Shown: positions 6,966 to 17,366 of the stretch, in pieces
Position numbering within the stretch: position 1 is the first letter of the stretch
Layout: each line of letters begins with the position of its first letter
DNA from: a virus
Strand: one strand, 5' to 3'
DNA: 36,059 bases
Virus record (IMG/VR): IMGVR_UViG_3300037502_000347
Coordinates: 1 to 36,059 of that record
Program-made: the position numbers and the translations under genes
The notes under the pieces: model-generated
Databases searched by the model: none
What the model was told of the DNA's origin: nothing
Seen by the model: the letters and a program-made list of their open reading frames with translations, nothing else

Positions 6966-8579
6966 TTAAACGCTCCCTAAATCAAGTGTTGTATCTAAGT
7001 CAGATGATGTTACCACACTCTTAGTTGCTAGACTACCTAGGCCAAGAGTTGTTCGTTGTGCTGCCGCATCTGCATCATCTAGTAATGCTTTACCAGCAGT
7101 CGTAATGTTTGCCGCTAACCAATCTAAATCTGTGTCCCATGCTTGCACGTTAGTGCCAATAGCTAATCCAAGATTAGTTCTGGCTGTGGCAGTATTAGTA
7201 AGGTCAGATAAGTTGTTTGCTTTAGCTAGGAATGTGTCACCAGAGGCATAGGCATCTACCCATACAGTACCAGTGTAGACTTTCATTGAGCCACTTACAC
7301 TGTTAAAGTATAAAGCTCCTGCAATCAATGCGTTACCATCGTTATCTACAGAAGGGTCTGATGTCTTAGCGCCAAGGTATCTGTCGTCAAAGTTATCATA
7401 CGCTGTAAGTGTTTGGTCTCTTGCTGTCTCTGCTGCTACTTGTGCATTGCCTGCTGCTGTTGCTGCTGTGCTTGCTGTGCCTGCTGATGTAGCTGCCGCT
7501 TGAGCATGATACTTAGCAGAGTATTCACCACCAGCTACAGTGCCTGATGTCTTAGTTGCCCAGTCATTAGCTAGTGCTGCTGACGCTGCTGCCGCATCTG
7601 CATTTTCTTCTGCATTCTGAATGTCAGCAATGTTGTCTGCAACAGTATTAACGTCTGCAATATTTGTCGCTACAGTATTGACATTAGCAATATTAGTAGC
7701 AACCGTTGTAACATCTGCAATGTCATTTGCTACGGTAACAATGTAACCATCTGGTGTTCCAGTTACGCCTGATGCTGGGTCTGAGATACTTCCTAAATCA
7801 TAGTCAAAACCACTACCACCTAAGTCACTTGCAACAAGCTGAATTTCACCAATGTTATTAGCTACATCATTTACATCTGCAATACTTGCACCAGTAAGAT
7901 TGACGTTAGCAATGTTTGTCGCTACAGTATTAACGTTTGCAGAGTTTGTAGCTAGAGCAGTTACACTGCCAGCAATACCAGCTACTGTTGTTACGTTAGC
8001 ACTAACGTCTGCCACTGCATTAACGTCAGCAATGTTATCTGCAACAGTTGCAATGTCTTGCATGTTGTCAGCAATAGTGTTAATTTGAGATAGGTTAGGG
8101 CCAGCTACTGGATTACCATAAGTCTCATCAAACACCAACACCTTACCACGACGGTTAAGGTATGATGGCAATGTCATGTCAATGCTAGTAGGGTCTGTTA
8201 CTGGAGCCTTGATAGAACGCTCTGCTGTCTCAGCTACCTGTTGAAGTAAGATGGTTTGTGAATCCATCTCATCGTTTAAGGTATTAGCAAAGAAGTCACC
8301 ACCAGTAGTAAAGTCTGTGGTACGCTCAATTGCGCGAGAGCCAACAATAGAGATTTGGTCTGAGCCACTAGCAGCAGATACTAATGTAATAGAACCTGTA
8401 CCAAGTGTAGAGCTAATGTCAACAGTGTAGTCAGTAGTCAGTGTTAATAACGTGCTATTCTTATATATGTCTAAGTCTGTCTCTACCAACACTTCAAAAG
8501 GAAAAGCATAAGGGCCAACGCCAGCAGAGCCTGTGTAGACTATGCGACGAGGTACATTACTAATTGGATAATCTGCCAT
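6966..8579 (-). CDS. Main tail fibre with a particle-attachment N-terminus
   Basis: 537 aa. The N-terminus is NVPRRIVYTGSAGVGPYAFPFEVLVETDLDIYKNSTLLTLTTDYTV. There are two blocks of 10-aa repeats of the NIADVNTVAT type. An Ala-rich coil contains SAKYHAQAAATSA. Confidence 0.75.
   Translation of the reverse strand: MADYPISNVPRRIVYTGSAGVGPYAFPFEVLVETDLDIYKNSTLLTLTTDYTVDISSTLGTGSITLVSAASGSDQISIVGSRAIERTTDFTTGGDFFANTLNDEMDSQTILLQQVAETAERSIKAPVTDPTSIDMTLPSYLNRRGKVLVFDETYGNPVAGPNLSQINTIADNMQDIATVADNIADVNAVADVSANVTTVAGIAGSVTALATNSANVNTVATNIANVNLTGASIADVNDVANNIGEIQLVASDLGGSGFDYDLGSISDPASGVTGTPDGYIVTVANDIADVTTVATNIANVNTVATNIADVNTVADNIADIQNAEENADAAAASAALANDWATKTSGTVAGGEYSAKYHAQAAATSAGTASTAATAAGNAQVAAETARDQTLTAYDNFDDRYLGAKTSDPSVDNDGNALIAGALYFNSVSGSMKVYTGTVWVDAYASGDTFLAKANNLSDLTNTATARTNLGLAIGTNVQAWDTDLDWLAANITTAGKALLDDADAAAQRTTLGLGSLATKSVVTSSDLDTTLDLGSV
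7617..7740 (-). repeat. Intragenic degenerate 30-nt (10-aa) tandem repeats, block 2 of the fibre gene
   Basis: The protein reads NDIADVTTVA/TNIANVNTVA/TNIADVNTVA/DNIADIQNAE. The DNA shows the same periodicity. Boundaries are approximate. Confidence 0.7.
7846..8070 (-). repeat. Intragenic degenerate 30-nt repeats, block 1 of the fibre gene
   Basis: The protein reads DIATVADNIADVNAVADVSANVTTVAGIAGSVTALATNSANVNTVATNIANVN...IADVNDVANNIGE. Boundaries are approximate. Confidence 0.6.
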
Positions 8580-8589
8580 CTATTTTCCC

Positions 8590-11088
8590 TTATCTCTGTG
8601 GCGGTTGTTCAAATACTGCTGATGCTTCTGGCAATCTTTCTGGCGCTACATCGCCTGGCTCCCACCAGTAGTCTTGACCAGTCTCACGTTTATACTTAGT
8701 TTGTATCTCTCTCATCTTTTGAGCCGCCTTTGGGTCAGCCCACTTCTGTATGTTTTCTAGCAACAACCGCTCTAATGCCAAACGCCCATACCACAACGAA
8801 CTAAAAGGTAGATATTTAGTTCCGAATTTTACAGCTTCTTTTGTAAAATTGGTATCTTTTCCTGCTAATAATTCTTGCACATTCCCAGCAGTTAGTTTAA
8901 GAGCATCACCAAACAATTCACCCACTGGGCCAATAAGCGTTTGAGACAAGCTATTACCATGACGGCTTAAATCACTAAACAAGAAGTCACCATAAATACC
9001 TAGGCCACCACCTTGTAGCAATGCAGAACCCCAGAAATTTTTATCTTGAATAGTTCTAGGGTCTCTGCCCTTAGACACCTCTTTTAATTGCAATGCAAGA
9101 GCGCCCATTAGTGTTGTAGATACTAGCAATGCAGTAGCATAGCCAGCTTTGCTCTTTGTATCTTCTTGCGCCATTGTCCTCATAATATGAGTGTTCATTA
9201 GCGTTACTGGGAAGTTCTTGTATAAAGCTACGCTTCGTGCTAACTCACCAATAAATGTACCAGCTTGAGTTTCACCAACAAGGAACGCTCTGCCTCGTAC
9301 TGATGATGATGGGACGGCAAAGTTAGTTTCAGCATTAATTAGCTCAAGGAACTTAGTTGCCAACAAATCAGCTTGTTCTTTTGTTACGTCTGCAATCTCA
9401 GCAATTTCTTCTGGACGTAGAATTTTTGCTCCATCAATCTCATACACTTCTGCTTTTCTGATAACATCCCATGACACATCTAAGCCAGCACGTTTCAATG
9501 CGTTTTGTAATGGCTTATCAAGTTCTTTAAATGACTTGCCAACATTATCAGCAAAGGTTCCCATGAACTCCATGCCAAACGCCCACTTGCCAGCTTGTGT
9601 CCAAGGAGACAATAAAGATACTCGCATGATGGTATCAGACATACGCTGCACAATTTCTGGCGCAGACATATCTCCAACATACCTAGCTTGACCAGCAGCA
9701 AGGCTTACCCAGTTTTCAGCAATCAGCCCAGAACGAACTGCAAGTCTGCCACGTTCTTCTGCTTCCAATGGGTTTAAGTTAGACATAATCTTTTTAAGTA
9801 ACTTTGATTCATCCATGCCATTAAATGCAGCAGTTACTGATTGATAAGCTACGTCAGTTAATGCAGATGCCGCAGCAGAACCAAGTTGAATAGATGTTAA
9901 TAACGCTCGAGCGCCAGACATGGTTCTAGCTAATGTTCCATCTACTGGCGCATTAGATGAGCCACTAACCATGCCATACATTGCATCAAATGTTTTTAAA
10001 TCTTTAATTGCTTTGTCAACAGTAGGTTTTCCTTTTGGATTGTCTAAATCTTTTAATTCAGCATCACGCCTTACAAGTGCTTTGATATTTCTAATTGTTG
10101 CATTAGGATTTGGCCCAAGCACTTCAATCATTGAAATATCTTTAGCAATGTTATCTACATAGTTCATCATTGTTACAAATGGATGCGGATTACCAAATCG
10201 TTCTTGATAAGCAATCCATGAATCAGCATTCTTAAATACTAAGAACCTATGATTTTTACCTTTGTTATACAATGCTGTTGAATGCTTTGATTCATTCTCT
10301 TTTACTTTGCTCCACCCGTCAGACAGAATTGCATCGTATGATGCTTTTAACGCATCTTCAAGTTGCTGTGTTGTAAATGGCAACTTAGTTAATGGGTTCA
10401 TCATCTTGTTAGTATCTAGCAATGGAGCAATAAATCCTCTCCATTCGTTGTACCCAACTTTTCTTACTTCTAATGGGTCGTGCATCTGAGGCAATCCCCA
10501 GCCTTCCATTTTTGGAATAGAACCGCCAGCACGATTAAATCTAGTTCTTGCATACTCAATTGCTTGAGACCAAGAATCATATAATTCTTTTGCTAACTTG
10601 TTATCAGTAGCTTCACCAAAGGCTACTTTAATTAAATCTACTGCTGTATCTTTATTGCCAATAACACCAGTTGGGCCTTTGCGTCTAAACGTTGCTAGTA
10701 CATTATCCATCTTAGAATGAATAATCCCAGTTACGGCTTGACGACGATTCTCTATGCCAGAGTATTTTGCGCCTCTATCAGCTTCAAGTAATTGCTGTGC
10801 AGCAACGCCTAAGTCCTCACCATTTTTAAATGAGTATAGGTTGCCAGTTACTTCATTCCAGCTTTTGATTTGCAGTTGACGAACACGCGCCTTTTCTGAC
10901 ACTTGATTCTTTAGAATGTAAACAGTATCTTTAGCAGCCTGTGTTGCTGCCTGTTCTGCGCCAAGAGTTTCTGTGTATTCTTTAACTAAGTCGTCATACA
11001 ATTTAGCTGCGTCATCAGCCTGCTCTTTAGTAAGAGCGCCAACATCTTTGCCAACTTCAATACAATCACGCAAACTCATGTAAGGCAT
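8590..11088 (-). CDS. Large internal virion / ejection protein candidate
   Basis: 832 aa. It occupies the position of T7 gp15/16-like genes. A hydrophobic segment, YATALLVSTTLMGALALQL, lies near the C-terminus. Confidence 0.5.
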   Translation of the reverse strand: MPYMSLRDCIEVGKDVGALTKEQADDAAKLYDDLVKEYTETLGAEQAATQAAKDTVYILKNQVSEKARVRQLQIKSWNEVTGNLYSFKNGEDLGVAAQQLLEADRGAKYSGIENRRQAVTGIIHSKMDNVLATFRRKGPTGVIGNKDTAVDLIKVAFGEATDNKLAKELYDSWSQAIEYARTRFNRAGGSIPKMEGWGLPQMHDPLEVRKVGYNEWRGFIAPLLDTNKMMNPLTKLPFTTQQLEDALKASYDAILSDGWSKVKENESKHSTALYNKGKNHRFLVFKNADSWIAYQERFGNPHPFVTMMNYVDNIAKDISMIEVLGPNPNATIRNIKALVRRDAELKDLDNPKGKPTVDKAIKDLKTFDAMYGMVSGSSNAPVDGTLARTMSGARALLTSIQLGSAAASALTDVAYQSVTAAFNGMDESKLLKKIMSNLNPLEAEERGRLAVRSGLIAENWVSLAAGQARYVGDMSAPEIVQRMSDTIMRVSLLSPWTQAGKWAFGMEFMGTFADNVGKSFKELDKPLQNALKRAGLDVSWDVIRKAEVYEIDGAKILRPEEIAEIADVTKEQADLLATKFLELINAETNFAVPSSSVRGRAFLVGETQAGTFIGELARSVALYKNFPVTLMNTHIMRTMAQEDTKSKAGYATALLVSTTLMGALALQLKEVSKGRDPRTIQDKNFWGSALLQGGGLGIYGDFLFSDLSRHGNSLSQTLIGPVGELFGDALKLTAGNVQELLAGKDTNFTKEAVKFGTKYLPFSSLWYGRLALERLLLENIQKWADPKAAQKMREIQTKYKRETGQDYWWEPGDVAPERLPEASAVFEQPPQR

Positions 11089-12374
11089 CCTGTTAATCTA
11101 TCAATCATCATCTTATCTTGCTCAAGCTCATCAACAATATCTTTAATTGTCATAGCTGATTGTACTGTTTCTTTTGTTATTGGGTCAAACTTATCCACAG
11201 GGATAGATTTATTTAAAAACTCATCACCCATAGTTTCAATGTTATCACGCAACTCAGCAAGAAGTATATCAGCTTGCTCTAACTCGCCAGCAGCTCCTGC
11301 ACCATCAAATGATTTTAAGTCTGGCTCAATTGATTCTTGAACGATAGTAGCATCTGGGATGTCCTCTCCAGTAAGCGCTTTAACAATGTTGCCACTTTCA
11401 ATTGCTTCAATTGATTCTTCAATCTTAGTGTTATGTTCAAAGTTACCAACGTCATCTGGAATAATGTTTTGAGAATTAATAATCTCATCAACTTGGCTAG
11501 ACATCTTTACAGCATTGATTGTTGAATCTGCCTCATACGGCACACCAGTCATTTTTGCTTTTGCTTTGTTTAATGATTCAATGCCATCAATCATTTGCTT
11601 CTTAGTAAACTGATACGCTGGCACAGCGCCTAAAGTTGCACCAGTTACCACACCAGCACCAACACCAGCCAAGCCAACGTTAGTTAAGAATGTTGTGTAG
11701 TCATAAGGCAATTTCAAATCTTTGTACCATTTAGATACTTCTGATTGAATAACCGCTTCTGCTCCAGCATTAAGTGCGGCTTGTCTAAATGATTCTTTTA
11801 ATACAGACATGCCAACAGTCTCAGATAACAATGCGCCTCTCAACGCACCTTTTGTAAGAGCAATGTCACCAACAGTTACAGCAACGTTGATTGGGTCTGT
11901 AATGGCTTCAATAGCATAACCAGAAAACTCACCAAGCATACCGCCAACAGTTTGTCTGCCAGCAACATCTTCTTGTGATTCTTGAGCTTTGATTACATCT
12001 TTTTGAGATTCAGCATATATCTTTTCTAAACTTAAATCTTTGTACTCTGGAAACAAATCTCTATTTTTACCAATAAAATCAAATACTTCTTTAGAATGTT
12101 GTTCAATGCGTTTATCTGGCGTTTGAATTTCTGACCATTTAGAACGCTTTGTTGCTGGATTTTCTAAGTTAGCATTTGTCCTAGAATTGATGGTCTCAAT
12201 AATTGGTTGCCATTGTTTCTCAAGTTGCTTTTCTCTTGATGTCCACTTGTCTTTTATTTTAAATAGTTTACTTGCTTGTTGAAAGTTCTCAACAAACCCA
12301 GTTTCAGCACCACCAGATACTGGCGCTCCAGCAGGAAGTGACGCTACATTTTCTTCATCAAATACAAATGTCAT
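11076..12374 (-). CDS. Internal virion protein candidate
   Basis: 432 aa. It is coupled to its neighbours by overlaps (ATGA at 12371..12374). It has a Gly/Ala-rich hydrophobic patch, NVGLAGVGAGVVTGATLGAVP. Confidence 0.5.
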   Translation of the reverse strand: MTFVFDEENVASLPAGAPVSGGAETGFVENFQQASKLFKIKDKWTSREKQLEKQWQPIIETINSRTNANLENPATKRSKWSEIQTPDKRIEQHSKEVFDFIGKNRDLFPEYKDLSLEKIYAESQKDVIKAQESQEDVAGRQTVGGMLGEFSGYAIEAITDPINVAVTVGDIALTKGALRGALLSETVGMSVLKESFRQAALNAGAEAVIQSEVSKWYKDLKLPYDYTTFLTNVGLAGVGAGVVTGATLGAVPAYQFTKKQMIDGIESLNKAKAKMTGVPYEADSTINAVKMSSQVDEIINSQNIIPDDVGNFEHNTKIEESIEAIESGNIVKALTGEDIPDATIVQESIEPDLKSFDGAGAAGELEQADILLAELRDNIETMGDEFLNKSIPVDKFDPITKETVQSAMTIKDIVDELEQDKMMIDRLTGCLT

Positions 12375-14833
12375 TGTCTGCTCTTAACTATGTTAGCTAG
12401 TTTTCTATAGTTGATTTTTACTGGCGCACCATCTTTAGTGTAGAACTGCTGCGGATTAGATACGCCTCTATATTCACCATAATACAAGAATGATTCATCT
12501 GTGTTAATTGGTGCTGGCATTGCATCACGCAAACGTTCTACTGAATATGGTCTACCTTTAGCATCAGTCAGTGTGCCATTTGAAGCAGCTTGAAAATCTT
12601 TATATGTTGCTTTACCAATAAGTTCTTCAAATTCATCTTGTGCAATGTTGTTTGGAATTGGTAGCTTCATACCTTTATAATCAATAATGCCGCCAGCAAC
12701 TTTTTCTTTTGCGCCACCGTACCATGTTTTATCTTTAAACTTAACTGCCCCAGCAGCTTCTTGGAATGCTTGAGAATACATTTCATCGCTAAATTGTGTA
12801 ATCCCCATTGTAATTGCACGTTGAGTATAGATTGCATCAGCAACAGTAACAATGTTATTTCTTGTTTGCGGTGCATTGTAGTACGCTCCGCCAAGTCTAT
12901 CAGCAATGGATTGTCTTTTAGCAGCAGCATCACCACCAACTTCAAATGCCTTGTTACCAGCTTGTCTTTGTTTAATACCGTTTAGCGCATCTTTTACTGT
13001 AAGCTGAGAAGCTCCAGTCATTACCAAGCCACCAATGTGAGCATACTCTGGAGAGAACTTTGAAATCTCAGACATTGCTTTTGGTGCATCTTTACCAAAG
13101 CTGTTAGTAATCTTAGCAATCATACCTAGCTGTTGATTTACGTCAGCAGTTTGCAAGTATGTAGCTAATGAGCCAGCTTCATCATTAGTAAAGAATTGAG
13201 GTTTAATGCCTTGCTGTTCTGCATAGATTTTAGCTTTAGATGCTCTATCACTTACTTGCATCTTAAAGTCTTTATCATCAGCAGCAAAGTTTAATGTATT
13301 AACTGGAATGCCAGACTTATTCATCATGGCAACAGGGTCTTTTTTCAATCCATCTTCAAACGCAGCAGTAAACTGACGAATATGATTCAATCGTTCAGCT
13401 TGCATTAGCGTTGCGCCATTGGCTGTGTCCTGCTCCCATTTACGTTGAATGTCTTTTAGCTGCACAGAGTTCATCTTTTTGTATGCTTCTGTATCAGCAT
13501 TTAATGTTGCCAGCGTATTAATCTTTTGAGAGATATTATCAGTGCCAGGCAAGCCTAAGTTTCTAGCTCTTGCCGCTAATTGCGTAATAGCCGTTTGTGA
13601 AATAGGAGCGCCTAAAGATGCAATTCTTTGCACTTCTGCAATATCACCATTCAACTCTGACTTTAATGAGTTGTATTCTGCACGTCTTGAGCGTATATCA
13701 GCTTCAAATTTATTCTCTAATGCTTGGAGCTTGGGTAAGTCAATTCCGCGCGTTAAACGGTCTTGTTTTGATGGCATTCCATTCTTGTCAAATAAATCAC
13801 CAACAGGGCCACGCTTCATATCTTGAGAAACTGCTTTTAAGAATTTCTCTTTGTTTGGCGCTTTGTCGTATTCAGATTCAAGTCGTGCAATATGGAAGTC
13901 CTCAATAACAGACATCTTATATTTTTCACGGTACTCTGGGCTAATAGCCATAATGTCAGAATATTTCTCAATCTGACTAACTGCTAAGTTTAATGCTTGC
14001 TCTGCTTTTGGATTGCCAGTTGCTGCAAGACGCACAACATCTTCTTTAGTTTTATCTAAACCAGATAATGCTAGTCCTTGCTTTTCATCTTCCCAGCGTT
14101 TCCATTCTTGATTAGTAATCTTGTCTGTACCATTGAGGCCAGCTTTTTTAATCTTATCTTCTACTAATGCAATTTGACCTCGCAACATTTCTGGGTTGCT
14201 AGTGCCAAGATTCTTAGATGCTTCTCTAATAATATCAATACCGCTAGTTACAGCACTAATAGTAAGCGCATCATTTTCTTCTTTAAAGTTTTCTTCAAAC
14301 TGTCTATTTGCAGCTACCCCAATTTGGAAGCCACTTGCAGCAGTTGACGCTTTAAATTTAATAGCTTCTTCTGGGTCTAATCCAGAAATAACTTTTGACA
14401 TCCCCATCCGAGGAGCCTCTAGCTTTGCATCAAGCTCTGCTTTAGATGTAATCTTTTTATTTTTTACATCATTTAAAATTGACATGTATTGATTTTGAAC
14501 GTCAATCTCAAGAGAGTTTCTTAATTGTCCAGCTTGCAATTTACTTACAGCTTTTTGGAATATTGCGCCACCACCAGGAACTAAATCTTTAGGATTGAAT
14601 GAACCTGTTTTTGCAAGCTCAATTTGTTCTGGCGTAGGTGGATTGTTTACTGAATATTCAGCCGCTTGCTCAAGTGCAACCTCGCCTGCTTTTTTAAAAG
14701 CAAACTCAGACAGCCTATCAAGTCCAGTTGACATTGATTGCGAACGTTTGAACGATTCCCTAACATTGGCAAAATCCAATTGAGGGACATCTGAAAACAT
14801 TACGCTAGATTGATATTTTGGTAAATCAGCCAT
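12371..14833 (-). CDS. Large internal virion protein candidate
   Basis: 820 aa, helical and Lys/Glu-rich. A TAATG overlap joins it to the upstream gene. It lies in a position analogous to the T7 gp15 class. Confidence 0.5.
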   Translation of the reverse strand: MADLPKYQSSVMFSDVPQLDFANVRESFKRSQSMSTGLDRLSEFAFKKAGEVALEQAAEYSVNNPPTPEQIELAKTGSFNPKDLVPGGGAIFQKAVSKLQAGQLRNSLEIDVQNQYMSILNDVKNKKITSKAELDAKLEAPRMGMSKVISGLDPEEAIKFKASTAASGFQIGVAANRQFEENFKEENDALTISAVTSGIDIIREASKNLGTSNPEMLRGQIALVEDKIKKAGLNGTDKITNQEWKRWEDEKQGLALSGLDKTKEDVVRLAATGNPKAEQALNLAVSQIEKYSDIMAISPEYREKYKMSVIEDFHIARLESEYDKAPNKEKFLKAVSQDMKRGPVGDLFDKNGMPSKQDRLTRGIDLPKLQALENKFEADIRSRRAEYNSLKSELNGDIAEVQRIASLGAPISQTAITQLAARARNLGLPGTDNISQKINTLATLNADTEAYKKMNSVQLKDIQRKWEQDTANGATLMQAERLNHIRQFTAAFEDGLKKDPVAMMNKSGIPVNTLNFAADDKDFKMQVSDRASKAKIYAEQQGIKPQFFTNDEAGSLATYLQTADVNQQLGMIAKITNSFGKDAPKAMSEISKFSPEYAHIGGLVMTGASQLTVKDALNGIKQRQAGNKAFEVGGDAAAKRQSIADRLGGAYYNAPQTRNNIVTVADAIYTQRAITMGITQFSDEMYSQAFQEAAGAVKFKDKTWYGGAKEKVAGGIIDYKGMKLPIPNNIAQDEFEELIGKATYKDFQAASNGTLTDAKGRPYSVERLRDAMPAPINTDESFLYYGEYRGVSNPQQFYTKDGAPVKINYRKLANIVKSRQ

Positions 14834-15366
14834 TATGCAACGTAACTTTCTCTAATATAAGATGGTGTGGCATTAAATGATTTTTCAATTACTGGCACCG
14901 AACTTGATGATGTTGTATTTCCTGGAGCGCCTTGATTATAAGAATACGCAGCCATTCCAAGTTTTCCAATTGCGTCAAAATAACTTCCAGTTACTGCTTG
15001 GTCTCCAGCTTCTTGCAACATTCTAGCTTGCATCTCGCCAAAAGATAATGTTGATTTTTTATTTTCTTCTAGTGTTTCAATGTCTCTACCAGCATTTTTT
15101 TCATTAACTTGTTGAATAAGTTTAGCAGACCCAGAAAAACCTTGAACACCACCAGCAAATCCTCTTGCCGCAGCGTTTGCATTAGTCATTAATAACTTTT
15201 TGTAAGCATCAGTTGCAGCTCGCTCATATTGCAAAGCGTCACGACTAGCTTTTAATCTAGTTTGACTGGCTTGCAACTCATACATTTCTTTTTGCGCTCT
15301 GCCTTGCTGAATTGAACCTGCTGCTGAAACTACGGCCATTGTTGCCGCTACTGCTGCCCATGACAT
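14833..15366 (-). CDS. Small internal virion protein candidate
   Basis: 177 aa. The N-terminus is hydrophobic and Ala-rich (MSWAAVAATMAVVSAAGSIQQG), followed by a coiled coil. It directly follows the tail tubular B gene. Confidence 0.5.
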   Translation of the reverse strand: MSWAAVAATMAVVSAAGSIQQGRAQKEMYELQASQTRLKASRDALQYERAATDAYKKLLMTNANAAARGFAGGVQGFSGSAKLIQQVNEKNAGRDIETLEENKKSTLSFGEMQARMLQEAGDQAVTGSYFDAIGKLGMAAYSYNQGAPGNTTSSSSVPVIEKSFNATPSYIRESYVA

Positions 15367-15368
15367 AA

Positions 15369-17363
15369 TTAAGTCCCCTGATGCACTGCTACTTTATACT
15401 CCATCCCAAGTAATGTTAGCTTGAGTGGATATGATTGTGTTACTGTAATCTTAGATTCATTGCTATATCCAAGTATACCATGTACTACTTTAGTTCCAGT
15501 AAACTCTGGAATGTCTGCGTCTAATACGCCCATTGTGTCAAACGTTCTAAATGGAACTTCAATGCCATTAATCTTCATGTGCTGTGTTTCAAGTACCATT
15601 GCATTAACTTCAACAACACGTTTCTTAAAGCCAATCCTAGGGCCAGACTGCAATGAAATCTCTATAGGCATTGTTCTAGCTTCTACAGCAATTGGCAAGC
15701 CTACTTCATAACTAGATGTAGATGGTCTAGGCATTGTTACTGTGCCATCTTCTGCAACAGTACGATTTGCTTGTACTAAACCGTCTAGCAATAAGTTTAC
15801 TTCTTTTAATGCTAGATGAGAAGCAGTGATTGATGAAACCGCACCGCCAGTAATTGCACAGTCAGTCAACAAATCTTGTTCAAATTTCTCGACATAGTAT
15901 TCAACCGTACCATCAATCGTACGTTTAACAATGCTATAGATGTCGTCAATGTCAATGCCAACTTCTAAGAACTCACCGCCAGTAGTTATAAACTCTGTAG
16001 GAGCAATAACGTTCTGTGAACGAATCAATGAGTATGCAGCCATTGTGCCGTCTGTCGCATTTACAATAAACAGCAAGTCATTTTCATCAGTATTAATAGC
16101 ACGACGTAATGCCATGCGTTTAGGGTTTTTAAGTAGATGCCCTGATAGCAATGAAATCTTACTTGTTACATACGTTAGTTGCGTATCGTTGTATGACACT
16201 TCACTAAGCATCTTGCCTTGACGGTGAATAAATAACACGCCAGATTCTAGTTGTTGCACACGAACACCAGGCTTACTACCACTACGACCAGCAGCACTCA
16301 TAAAGAATGCAGATGGAGTAATAGGCTCAAGACCTTGTTGTGGTACGAAAAACTCACCACCAGTAGTAAAGACTTGCAAGTCCTTAGTAGAGATAATGTC
16401 AGTAATCGCGTTATATGTGTTAGTGTCTAGTGTTGCCTCTACAGCGTCATCATCAAAACCTTCTGTAGCTTCAAAGTCAAAGAACAGACCGACTTTAGAA
16501 CCCCATACAGTAGATGGACGAGACTTACTACCACCAAAAAATAACCGACCTTGATGGAATGTTACTGTGCGTGGGTAGCCTTTAGTGCTTGACCATACTG
16601 CTTCGTAGCCAGTCTCTAAGCTCCAGCTTCCACTAGCAATAACGCCTGTACTAAAGAATGGAAACTCTGTAACTACGTTGACTACAGTTCCGCTAATGTA
16701 TTGAATAATCTTTGCTCTACCTTGTGGAGAAGCATTAATGTATTGACCAACGTGTCCTGAGTTAAATACACTAGCAGAGGCTGTAAGCGTTACTTTTCCA
16801 GATACAGCAGACGGAGTTAATGTTGCAGCAGGATTTGTTGTTGTTAATGTAAACGCATATTTAGGTGTACTATCAAATGACAACGCGCTTGCTGTCCATG
16901 TAGCATCAGATGCTCCACGAACAATCTTAATTGGCTCAATATCTTCCTGCACTACAATCAATGTATCAGCAGATTGTGTCCAGCACATTTCATTCAATGC
17001 AGATGCTGGCAATGTCAACGCAAGGTAATCGTTACCAGATGCGTTAATGTTTGTAACTAATGCGCCATTCTTAAACACATACATGCGATTATGCGTAAAG
17101 CAAAGCATGTAGCTGTCATTGGTACTAAATTCAAACGGTACAAGACGTGAGCCGTTGCCAGCAGATTCTGTACTGGTATTAGGTAATGCAAGTAAGAAAC
17201 GAGTACCAGAACGACGAGTAATGCCACCTTGTGGTTGACATACTACGTTTGTAGCTTTTTCTAAAGCATTGTTGTACGTTGCTTTTAAATCAATACGCGC
17301 GCGAAGTAATGGGTCTAATTCACCACTCGTAAAGTTTGTCTGCATTGTGACAAAGCGAGCCAT
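15369..17363 (-). CDS. Tail tubular protein B-like (nozzle)
   Basis: 664 aa. The N-terminus TNFTSGELDPLLRARIDLKATYNNALEKATNVVCQPQGGITRRSGTRF matches the motif I recall for podovirus nozzle/tubular B homologues. It directly follows the tubular A-like gene. Confidence 0.7.
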   Translation of the reverse strand: MARFVTMQTNFTSGELDPLLRARIDLKATYNNALEKATNVVCQPQGGITRRSGTRFLLALPNTSTESAGNGSRLVPFEFSTNDSYMLCFTHNRMYVFKNGALVTNINASGNDYLALTLPASALNEMCWTQSADTLIVVQEDIEPIKIVRGASDATWTASALSFDSTPKYAFTLTTTNPAATLTPSAVSGKVTLTASASVFNSGHVGQYINASPQGRAKIIQYISGTVVNVVTEFPFFSTGVIASGSWSLETGYEAVWSSTKGYPRTVTFHQGRLFFGGSKSRPSTVWGSKVGLFFDFEATEGFDDDAVEATLDTNTYNAITDIISTKDLQVFTTGGEFFVPQQGLEPITPSAFFMSAAGRSGSKPGVRVQQLESGVLFIHRQGKMLSEVSYNDTQLTYVTSKISLLSGHLLKNPKRMALRRAINTDENDLLFIVNATDGTMAAYSLIRSQNVIAPTEFITTGGEFLEVGIDIDDIYSIVKRTIDGTVEYYVEKFEQDLLTDCAITGGAVSSITASHLALKEVNLLLDGLVQANRTVAEDGTVTMPRPSTSSYEVGLPIAVEARTMPIEISLQSGPRIGFKKRVVEVNAMVLETQHMKINGIEVPFRTFDTMGVLDADIPEFTGTKVVHGILGYSNESKITVTQSYPLKLTLLGMEYKVAVHQGT

Positions 17364-17366
17364 GTA

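Noticed and set aside
7617-8070. The periodic ~30-nt repeats as a CRISPR array
   Set aside because: The repeats are degenerate, contiguous without unique spacers, and in frame within a fibre protein, where they appear as a 10-aa repeat. There are no cas genes.
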